A stretch of 5,549 nucleotides of DNA from the IMG/VR virus record IMGVR_UViG_3300045988_038326, positions 1-5,549 of that record, one strand, 5' to 3'. The stretch is from a virus. Position numbers and translations under genes: made by a program. Under the pieces are notes generated by a model. The model searched no databases. It was not told where the DNA came from and saw only the letters and a program-made list of their open reading frames with translations. The stretch's first letter is position 1, and every line of letters starts with the position of its first letter. Positions 1 through 5,472 of this stretch are shown piece by piece.

Positions 1-55
1 ACTTGCCTTGTTAGTATTATACCACAACATCGGAAAGCGGGCAAGCGTACCTTAT
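1..55. repeat. Terminal direct repeat, copy 1 (identical to 5495-5549). Indicates a circular genome with a unit length of 5,494 nt.
   Basis: The 55 nt acttgccttgttagtattataccacaacatcggaaagcgggcaagcgtaccttat occur at both ends of the window. I aligned them base by base and they are identical. Confidence 0.95.
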
Positions 56-338
56 GACTACATTTTAGCAGTCTGGGGGGGGGAGTCAATAGTTCCGTAG
101 CAGTAGACAAAAGCAAAGTGGGATTTTGTGGGGAAAATTCACATGTTTTGTCGTTAAACTCACCAAGATACATCAGAACGAAGTCCTCATGATAATCATG
201 GATAATATTACTACGCTCCGGAGTAGACGGCTGATTCACCATAATTTGAAATTGACGAATAGCCATAGCATTATTTTGTTGGGTAAAAGGCGGGTTCATT
301 AACTCGCCTTTGCGGTCATAAATACAATAAAGTTTCAT
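1..338 (-). CDS. VP5: VP5-family non-structural protein of gokushoviruses (ORF5-like). As assembled it runs off the left edge and continues through 5494-5473, giving 119 aa.
   Basis: This is my own translation; the ORF is absent from the supplied track. The ATG at 338-336 overlaps the TGA (337-335) of the upstream ORF as ATGA, and GAGGTG (344-349) lies 5 nt upstream. Protein: MKLYCIYDRKGELMNPPFTQQNNAMAIRQFQIMVNQPSTPERSNIIHDYHEDFVLMYLGEFNDKTCEFSPQNPTLLLSTATELLTPPPRLLKCSHKVRLPAFRCCGIILTRQVVISQRN. The N-terminal ~85 aa fit my recollection of the VP5/ORF5 pattern: [FY]x[IV][FY]DxK...PF....A.R.F...VN......[PH]EDF/Y.L..[IL]GEF[DN]D.T..F. The C-terminal extent is uncertain because of the C9 tract at 75-83. 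Confidence 0.7.
   Translation of the reverse strand, partial: MKLYCIYDRKGELMNPPFTQQNNAMAIRQFQIMVNQPSTPERSNIIHDYHEDFVLMYLGEFNDKTCEFSPQNPTLLLSTATELLTPPPRLLKCSHKVRLPAFRCCGIILTRQ
16..44 (-). promoter_or_regulatory. Candidate sigma70 promoter P2 with an extended -10, pointing toward VP3/VP1. A duplicate copy lies at 5510-5538.
   Basis: The minus strand reads TTGCCC (44-39), then 17 nt (GCTTTCCGATGTTGTGG), then TATAAT (21-16). The TG at -15/-14 gives TGGTATAAT, the same 9-mer as in P1. The -35 matches the consensus at 4 of 6 positions. Confidence 0.45.
75..83. repeat. Homopolymer: G9 on the plus strand, which is C9 on the coding strand, inside the 3' part of the VP5-like gene.
   Basis: gtctGGGGGGGGGagtc, counted as g75-g83. 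It encodes PPP in the assembled frame. Confidence 0.95.
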
Positions 339-688
339 TTTTTCACCTCATCAAATAAATTTTTAGGAATATCGACGCCATCACGAGCCAGCTCATTAGA
401 AGTATAATCAATAAAAGCTTTAAAATGAAGATTAGCCTCTTGGGATTGACGATCAGCTTTTAAAATACACAAAAGCTTGTTTTTGCACTCGTCAGTAACT
501 TCGTGATAGAAACCATGCCAAAGGAAACATTTACCATCAGATTGCACACGCTTACAATAAGAACGATAACGCCCATAGGTACTGAAAGAAGCTTGCATAA
601 CAAGAATACTTTCAATAGCTTTAATCGTAGAAGGCATAAGAGTAGATTTACCATTAACAACGGAAGAGAAATAATAATCTTTTAACAT
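335..688 (-). CDS. Hypothetical protein, 117 aa, Cys/His-rich orphan. I see no recognisable Microviridae core homology.
   Basis: This is the ORF-track entry 335..745 with the start moved to the ATG at 688-686. GAGGT (700-696) sits 7 nt upstream of that ATG. The track's start at 745 is a TTG lying inside the -35 box of promoter P1. Protein: MLKDYYFSSVVNGKSTLMPSTIKAIESILVMQASFSTYGRYRSYCKRVQSDGKCFLWHGFYHEVTDECKNKLLCILKADRQSQEANLHFKAFIDYTSNELARDGVDIPKNLFDEVKK. Its stop overlaps the VP5 start (ATGA). Confidence 0.7.
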   Translation of the reverse strand: MLKDYYFSSVVNGKSTLMPSTIKAIESILVMQASFSTYGRYRSYCKRVQSDGKCFLWHGFYHEVTDECKNKLLCILKADRQSQEANLHFKAFIDYTSNELARDGVDIPKNLFDEVKK

Positions 689-713
689 ATTGCTTACCTC
701 ACTTTCTGTATAT

Positions 714-742
714 ATTATACCATGAGAAACAGCAACTGTCAA
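714..742 (-). promoter_or_regulatory. Consensus sigma70 promoter P1 with an extended -10. It drives the 117-aa ORF, VP5 and probably the downstream structural genes.
   Basis: The minus strand reads TTGACA (742-737), then exactly 17 nt (GTTGCTGTTTCTCATGG), then TATAAT (719-714), with TG at 722-721 giving TGGTATAAT. The predicted transcription start is near 707-706, about 18 nt upstream of the ATG at 688 and just upstream of the GAGGT SD. Confidence 0.7.
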
Positions 743-770
743 CAACTTTTTGCAACTTTTTGCAACTTTT
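741..770. repeat. Three tandem 10-bp repeats forming phased A-tracts immediately upstream of the P1 -35 box. Candidate UP-element or bent DNA.
   Basis: The plus strand has aacaactttt / tgcaactttt / tgcaactttt at 741-750, 751-760 and 761-770. The minus strand reads AAAAGTTGCA AAAAGTTGCA AAAAGTTGTT and runs directly into TTGACA. The 10-bp period equals one helical turn. The repeats overlap the VP4 stop codon (771-769). Confidence 0.85.
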
Positions 771-1713
771 ATAAACCTAAATTATCAAAATCACGCTTGA
801 ATTGTTCCTGCCGGTGTTTCAAAATCTTCTCCTTGGCTTCCAAACGCTTACAATCAATGATAGCAGCCTTAGCATTATCGGCCTTATTTTGCTTGTATAT
901 ACTATACCAAACGGGATTACTACGCTCAAATAATGTTTGATAATAGCGAGGTATTTTATACTTAGCTCCATTAATTGTAACAAAGCCGAGCTTAAAAATA
1001 TCCTCAGAGTAACGACCGAAATAGTCTGCACCTATACCAGGCTTAAGAGAGCTGCCAACAAACTCCGGAGCAATGCCTAAAGCGTCATACATGCAGGCAT
1101 TTTTACCGGTCTGCTTTTTTAAAGAGTATTTAGCAACATAGCGAGCGGACTCAAATGTTATAGCTCCTACAGTGTTATAGCCATACGGCCAAAGACGCTC
1201 CAGCGTGGGAGAACAAAAAAGATTGTAACCAGCTGTTAACGCCGAAACTTTACGGACATCGCTAGGAAACCAACCAAAACACAATATATGATAATGTGGC
1301 CTACGATTGAGATCGCCATACTCACCGCAACAAAGAAAGCGAATTTTAGAAGAGTCATGATAATCAAGATAACGGCGAAGCCGTTTAAAAAATAGCTGCA
1401 AGTGGTCACGATGCAACGAGTGATCTGCTGGAAGGCAATCATCATTATACGTTAGCGTGATGAAGCAATTATGCATATGCAGCTTAGCCTCGTGAACACA
1501 ACGAATGGCCCAGTCATTAGCCTTATCAAGACGGCAACCAAGGCATTGACCACAAGGCACAACAACGGCAGAACCGTTAGCTAATTCATTTTTAGCATAC
1601 TCTAAAGATTTACCAGAAAGATCACGATAAGATAAAAAATTAGAAAGCTCATATTTACCGTTAGCATTGGGAGAAATAGAGCGTTTTGCAAATAAAGGGC
1701 GAAGGCAAGTCAT
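769..1713 (-). CDS. VP4: Replication initiation protein VP4, an HUH rolling-circle endonuclease.
   Basis: 314-aa ORF with AGGAG (1725-1721) 7 nt upstream of the ATG. Motifs seen in the translation: CGQCLGCR (Cys cluster typical of gokushovirus VP4), FITLTY (RCR motif 1), PHYHILCFG (HUH motif 2) and ARYVAKYSLKK (motif 3 with paired tyrosines spaced Y-x-x-x-Y, as in phiX174 protein A-type Reps). Confidence 0.95.
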   Translation of the reverse strand: MTCLRPLFAKRSISPNANGKYELSNFLSYRDLSGKSLEYAKNELANGSAVVVPCGQCLGCRLDKANDWAIRCVHEAKLHMHNCFITLTYNDDCLPADHSLHRDHLQLFFKRLRRYLDYHDSSKIRFLCCGEYGDLNRRPHYHILCFGWFPSDVRKVSALTAGYNLFCSPTLERLWPYGYNTVGAITFESARYVAKYSLKKQTGKNACMYDALGIAPEFVGSSLKPGIGADYFGRYSEDIFKLGFVTINGAKYKIPRYYQTLFERSNPVWYSIYKQNKADNAKAAIIDCKRLEAKEKILKHRQEQFKRDFDNLGL

Positions 1714-1728
1714 AATATCACTCCTAAA

Positions 1729-1842
1729 TTACATGCGAATACCACCACGCATGTTTCTTGATTTAAGATTTTTAAGCCGTGGAACTGCGTGATTGCGAAA
1801 GTTCCGACGAGAAGCACCACGGGAAATTCTACTTCTTTTCAT
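1729..1842 (-). CDS. Small arginine-rich DNA-binding/packaging protein, 37 aa. Counterpart of gokushovirus ORF8 and phiX174 J.
   Basis: This is my own translation; the ORF falls below the track's length cut-off. Protein: MKRSRISRGASRRNFRNHAVPRLKNLKSRNMRGGIRM, with 10 Arg, 3 Lys and no Asp or Glu. AGGAG (1855-1851) lies 8 nt upstream of the ATG (1842-1840). The stop TAA is at 1731-1729. A C-terminal MRGGIR[LM]-type ending is what I recall for these small microvirus proteins. Confidence 0.8.
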   Translation of the reverse strand: MKRSRISRGASRRNFRNHAVPRLKNLKSRNMRGGIRM

Positions 1843-1880
1843 TTTTTTTACTCCTTAAATAAAGGCCAAGACAAAGGATG

Positions 1881-2150
1881 TTAAGAATTTTTTCCCAAAA
1901 AGCGGGAGTAGCTTTTTTCTTCCGTCGCTGCCGCAGCTGCGTGGCGAAAGCCGTTTACATCATCTTGGCCTCTTTTCTGCATGTTGACAAGATCATCCTG
2001 CATAGCCAGCGAAATAGCTTTAAGGCTTGCGCTGCCTTCACGATTATATTTGCCGGTGCGAAACATATCAATAAAATCAACAACTTCTTGAATAAACGGA
2101 ATTACAGTAGACACGAGAAAAGTCAGAATAGCAGTAGTTTTGTTTGACAT
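1881..2150 (-). CDS. Hypothetical membrane protein, 89 aa, with a single N-terminal transmembrane segment. Orphan gene.
   Basis: ORF-track entry with GAGGTG (2163-2158) 7 nt upstream of the ATG; this SD overlaps the VP2 stop codon. The N-terminus is MSNK followed by TTAILTFLVSTVIPFI, an uncharged stretch of about 16 residues. The rest of the protein is hydrophilic and charged. It is co-oriented with and tightly packed between VP2 and the basic protein gene. Confidence 0.65.
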   Translation of the reverse strand: MSNKTTAILTFLVSTVIPFIQEVVDFIDMFRTGKYNREGSASLKAISLAMQDDLVNMQKRGQDDVNGFRHAAAAATEEKSYSRFLGKNS

Positions 2151-2161
2151 AATTAATCACC

Positions 2162-2959
2162 TCATTTAGAAAAATAGTTAGCAATACCGGAAAACAAACG
2201 ATTAGCAGCACGGCCGATGGTATTCCACGGTAAGCCGTCATCAGAAAGACCAAGATTTCTATAATCGGAATTACGAGATGTTTTATAATCGTAATCAGCT
2301 TTAGCAACATTGGATAACTGAGCATTATAAGCGGCGGAACTATTAGCAGCGTTACCCTGCGCATACATCATAGCAGCTTGAGCCGGCATAACGACATTCA
2401 TCATATACATTTGACTAGCTTTCTGAGCGTCGATATATTCGCCTTGCTTCTGAGCATTGGCTAAATTCTGTTTAACTAAAGCTAAATTGTCATTATAGGA
2501 TGCAGCAGCCAGCTTATTGGCTACAGAAATACCATAAGTTTCAGCATCATATTTTTTCGCAGAGCTACCAGCTAAAATTGTTTGAGCAGCTAGATTTTTT
2601 ATTTGTTCGTCGCTCATTTTTTCAGCAATGCCAGCTTGACGATTAGCAGCCTTTGCAGAGCTACCAGCAGCAGAAGCGGACATTCCGGCAGTAACGCCTT
2701 CACCGAGGTTATAATTTGCGGATAAGGCAGAAGCACCATTAACGGAACCGCCAATGCCTTGCGTAGCAGCAAGCATAGGATTTAAGCCAGCTTTTTGCAT
2801 ATCTTCCATAGCCCACTGGTAACGATGCTGGTAATTATAAATATTACGCTGATTAGCTACCGTTGAAGCATGGCGAGAAGCAGAGTTAGAAAGAGCACCA
2901 CCAATGAGAGACGAAACACCACCTGCAAAAGCACCAGCAGCAGATCCAAGAAACGACAT
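2162..2959 (-). CDS. VP2: Minor capsid / DNA pilot protein VP2.
   Basis: 265-aa ORF with AGGAGT (2973-2968) 8 nt upstream of the ATG. It lies directly downstream of VP1. It has a Gly/Ala/Ser-rich N-terminus (MSFLGSAAGAFAGGVSSLIGGAL), the ...MEDMQKAGLNPMLA... motif and an Ala/Gln/Asn-rich low-complexity body, all typical of gokushovirus VP2. Confidence 0.9.
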   Translation of the reverse strand: MSFLGSAAGAFAGGVSSLIGGALSNSASRHASTVANQRNIYNYQHRYQWAMEDMQKAGLNPMLAATQGIGGSVNGASALSANYNLGEGVTAGMSASAAGSSAKAANRQAGIAEKMSDEQIKNLAAQTILAGSSAKKYDAETYGISVANKLAAASYNDNLALVKQNLANAQKQGEYIDAQKASQMYMMNVVMPAQAAMMYAQGNAANSSAAYNAQLSNVAKADYDYKTSRNSDYRNLGLSDDGLPWNTIGRAANRLFSGIANYFSK

Positions 2960-2975
2960 GGTAAATCACTCCTTT

Positions 2976-4634
2976 TTAGAAATGTCCCATCATACCGGGT
3001 ATACCATACATAGGCATAGGACGGATACATTTTAAATTAAACTTGACGTCTAAAAGGAAATGAGGATAGGACGGAACAGCAACGACGCGACTAATAGGCG
3101 GATGGTCTTGAATAAACTCATCAGAAAGGGTGGGTAACGTAACAAATTTTTGCGACAAATGCCAAATATCCAACGGCTCTTTATAAGTCGAACGAAATTG
3201 ACCGGTAATCAAAGACGGCTTGTAACGATATTCCGCATAACGTTCTTGATAGCCAAATACTTTTTTATCATCATCATTTCCTTGGCAATAAATCTCAATA
3301 TTTTGTATAGCCTGTTCTCCTAAATGAGCAAAGGACGGCCAATAAAAATCGAGCACGTCAGAACGCAGCCACATTTTGTTAACGCCTTGCTGATAGGTTA
3401 AGTCAGCACGTACGTTAATAAGGCCGATAACGTAACCAAACTCACTAAATGATTTAGTAAAAGCATGATAACGCTGGGCATTTAAACCATAAGCAGCTAA
3501 ATTACCTTGTGGCGTTGTAGAATCGGTTGAGCTTGTCTGAGTAACCGGGTTAATATTCATCATCGAGCTATGAGAGCCAAGAAATTCCGGACGCTGAAGG
3601 CGGGCATCAGGATTAGTTACACCGAAATGAGCTTGTAATTTTTCTGTGTATCTTGTACCACCTCTAGCATCAATCTCATAATAACGCTGCAACATAAACG
3701 CTTGACGGAGCGAATTAATAGTGACAGCGGAAACGCCAGACAAATCAGCATAAATATTAGGCGGAGTGGCAGCAGTAATAGAACCAGAATCTAAAGAATT
3801 GCTCAACGAAATACAACGACCAGCAGGCGAATTTGCAGCAATATAAACACCTTTATTATGCACAGTGCCAAGAGAATCAACCCATGATACATTTTCGACA
3901 GGAGTATCGGGTGAAACTCCAATACCAGCAACAGGAGCATTACCAATTAAAGGCAAATCAACAGCCGGACCTTTTTGTGGCCAAGGAAGCGCACCGGTGA
4001 AATAGTCATATCTTTTTCCACGTGGAGCGGGGTCATACCAATTAGAAACGCCGGAAGGTAAAGCATAATTAGGATTAGCAGTAGATTGTCCCATTGGTTC
4101 CAAGACGCTATTTGTTTCGCCTTTAGACACCTTAACAGATTTTTGTAGATTCTCCTCACGGAACCATTCGTTCCAAATTGTCCAGTAGCAGCGGAAAGGA
4201 AGACAGTTAACGGAGACATTATTAAATGTACCGGAAGCACAAGCAATACCCATATAATCGGGCAGCTTGTTAGTCATATCGCCGGTTAGAGAAACAGTAG
4301 GTACAAGATAATCGGTAGAGTCTTCGGGATTTTCCTGCTCACCACAAAGATTAACCCATTTATCATATACGAGCCTACTGGGAACGAAGAAAAAGAAGGA
4401 CTCAATATAGATGTTATCCATGAAAGGAACTACCGGAGTAGCTAAGCGGCAGAACTCTACAGGATTTAAGGTAAAAGTATCGCCTGGAATAACTTCATCC
4501 ACGAAATAAGGAATCAGCTGCCCTTCGTTAAAAGTTGTCTTATAAACATGACTTCTATCGAAAACGGAACGGCGAATATTGGCTTGCGGTATCATCGCAA
4601 AATGCGACTGATTAACACGAATATTTCGAGCCAT
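2976..4634 (-). CDS. VP1: Major capsid protein VP1 (Microviridae F-like capsid).
   Basis: 552-aa ORF with AGGAG (4648-4644) 9 nt upstream of the ATG. The N-terminus MARNIRVNQSHFAMIPQANIRRSVFDRSHVYKTTFNEGQLIPYFVDEVIPGDTF matches the conserved gokushovirus VP1 opening (RS.FDRSH..KTTF..G.LIP...EV.PGDTF). The length is typical for the family. Confidence 0.97.
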   Translation of the reverse strand: MARNIRVNQSHFAMIPQANIRRSVFDRSHVYKTTFNEGQLIPYFVDEVIPGDTFTLNPVEFCRLATPVVPFMDNIYIESFFFFVPSRLVYDKWVNLCGEQENPEDSTDYLVPTVSLTGDMTNKLPDYMGIACASGTFNNVSVNCLPFRCYWTIWNEWFREENLQKSVKVSKGETNSVLEPMGQSTANPNYALPSGVSNWYDPAPRGKRYDYFTGALPWPQKGPAVDLPLIGNAPVAGIGVSPDTPVENVSWVDSLGTVHNKGVYIAANSPAGRCISLSNSLDSGSITAATPPNIYADLSGVSAVTINSLRQAFMLQRYYEIDARGGTRYTEKLQAHFGVTNPDARLQRPEFLGSHSSMMNINPVTQTSSTDSTTPQGNLAAYGLNAQRYHAFTKSFSEFGYVIGLINVRADLTYQQGVNKMWLRSDVLDFYWPSFAHLGEQAIQNIEIYCQGNDDDKKVFGYQERYAEYRYKPSLITGQFRSTYKEPLDIWHLSQKFVTLPTLSDEFIQDHPPISRVVAVPSYPHFLLDVKFNLKCIRPMPMYGIPGMMGHF

Positions 4635-4757
4635 TTTTTAAATCTCCTTAAAATTAATTAAAAACCAAAAACCACGAGAACGGGATTTTTGTTATCAAAT
4701 ACGAAGGTAATTAAAAATAAGTAAAAGGCCTTATTTTTGAAGCTTTTTCGTATTTTG

Positions 4758-4805
4758 TGTCACCTTGAACAGTTACTATCAAGTAGGTAACTGTTCAAGG
4801 TGACA
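4758..4805. repeat. Perfect 19-bp inverted repeat with a 10-nt loop (stem-loop) in the VP3-VP1 intergenic region.
   Basis: tgtcaccttgaacagttac (4758-4776), loop tatcaagtag (4777-4786), gtaactgttcaaggtgaca (4787-4805). The arms are exact reverse complements. On the coding strand no U-tract follows the stem, so it is not a canonical intrinsic terminator. Confidence 0.9.
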
Positions 4806-4843
4806 AGGTTATTATTCTACATAAGTGAATATTAGCATATAAC

Positions 4844-5287
4844 TTATTTTTGCTCTGAATTATTCTCTCCTGCTACCGGAGTGACAGGTTCTACCGGACC
4901 ATCTACAATAGCTTTAGGTTTTAAGCCTAACTCCTCTAGTCTGTTTGTAACCTTAGGATCAGTAGACGTTAGAGCATCCAATAAGTTGCGAGGATCATTG
5001 CCAAATTCTGCACGAACGTTAGAAGGCAAATCTGCAAACTCTGCATTAACATTAGCAACGAGGTTGCAAGCAGTTTCATAATCGGGCAATAATGTAGTAT
5101 CACCGTATTGCAGCGTAGCCGGGTCATGCGCTCCGACAGAATCAACAATGCCGGTAGTATTAAAGTTAGCGATAATATGATGAATGTCGCACTCTTCGGC
5201 AAAAGTTTGGTCAGCGAGCGAAGGCTGCGTAATTTCAACGTGCGGTTTTGGCGGCTGCTCATCGTAAAGCGTATAAAATTTAGCCAT
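4844..5287 (-). CDS. VP3: Internal scaffolding protein VP3.
   Basis: 147-aa acidic ORF with AGGAG (5302-5298) 10 nt upstream of the ATG. The translation contains SLADQTFAEECDIHHIIANFNTTG, ...YGD...DY..A.N, and ...F..LPSNVRAEFGNDPRNLL. This is the pattern I recognise from gokushovirus VP3 proteins. The gene sits immediately upstream of VP1. Confidence 0.88.
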   Translation of the reverse strand: MAKFYTLYDEQPPKPHVEITQPSLADQTFAEECDIHHIIANFNTTGIVDSVGAHDPATLQYGDTTLLPDYETACNLVANVNAEFADLPSNVRAEFGNDPRNLLDALTSTDPKVTNRLEELGLKPKAIVDGPVEPVTPVAGENNSEQK

Positions 5288-5414
5288 GCGTAAAAATCTC
5301 CTTTCTTAACCTAACAAGGCACGCAGGTTAGTTTTGCGTAAGGCTCAATTCTCGTCCGCGATTGTTACGAAGCAATGAGCGATTATTCCAGCTGGCGAAC
5401 AGCAAAGCGCAATC

Positions 5415-5433
5415 ATACCGGCATAGCCGGTAT
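5415..5433. repeat. Short GC-rich hairpin (8-bp stem, 3-nt loop) in the large VP5-VP3 non-coding region.
   Basis: ataccggc (5415-5422), ata, gccggtat (5426-5433). The arms are exact reverse complements. Confidence 0.8.
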
Positions 5434-5472
5434 ATAAATACAAAAAAGGCGCCTAACATTACGCTAGACACC

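Noticed and set aside
641-667. A Walker-A-like string SSVVNGKST near the N-terminus of the 117-aa protein.
   Set aside because: The first position is Ser rather than Gly or Ala. The protein is far too small for a P-loop NTPase fold, and I could identify no Walker B motif. This is probably coincidental.
689-745. The 19-codon N-terminal extension of the 136-aa ORF as given in the track (start at 745).
   Set aside because: The codon at 745-743 is TTG, not ATG. It has no SD and lies within the -35 hexamer region of promoter P1, upstream of the predicted transcription start. The ATG at 688 has a GAGGT SD at 7-nt spacing, so I call 335..688.
460-5262. Nested alternate-frame minus-strand ORFs: 460..660, 819..1031, 1236..1445, 3947..4246 and 4969..5262.
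   Set aside because: They are fully embedded in the 117-aa ORF, VP4, VP1 or VP3. I could see no SD upstream of their starts; for example, ATGATG at 1445 is preceded by CACGCTAACGTATA. Their Leu/Ile/Val/Cys-rich composition is typical of off-frame translation. Overprinting cannot be excluded in this family, but nothing in the sequence supports it.
503-5293. All five plus-strand ORFs in the track: 503..685, 722..940, 1878..2147, 4881..5081 and 5108..5293.
   Set aside because: Each lies antisense to a well-supported minus-strand gene. 1878..2147 is an almost exact mirror of the 89-aa gene. I found no SD motif in front of any of them, their translations are low-complexity or Arg/Ser/Leu-rich, and Microviridae transcribe a single strand. 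I treat them as shadow ORFs.
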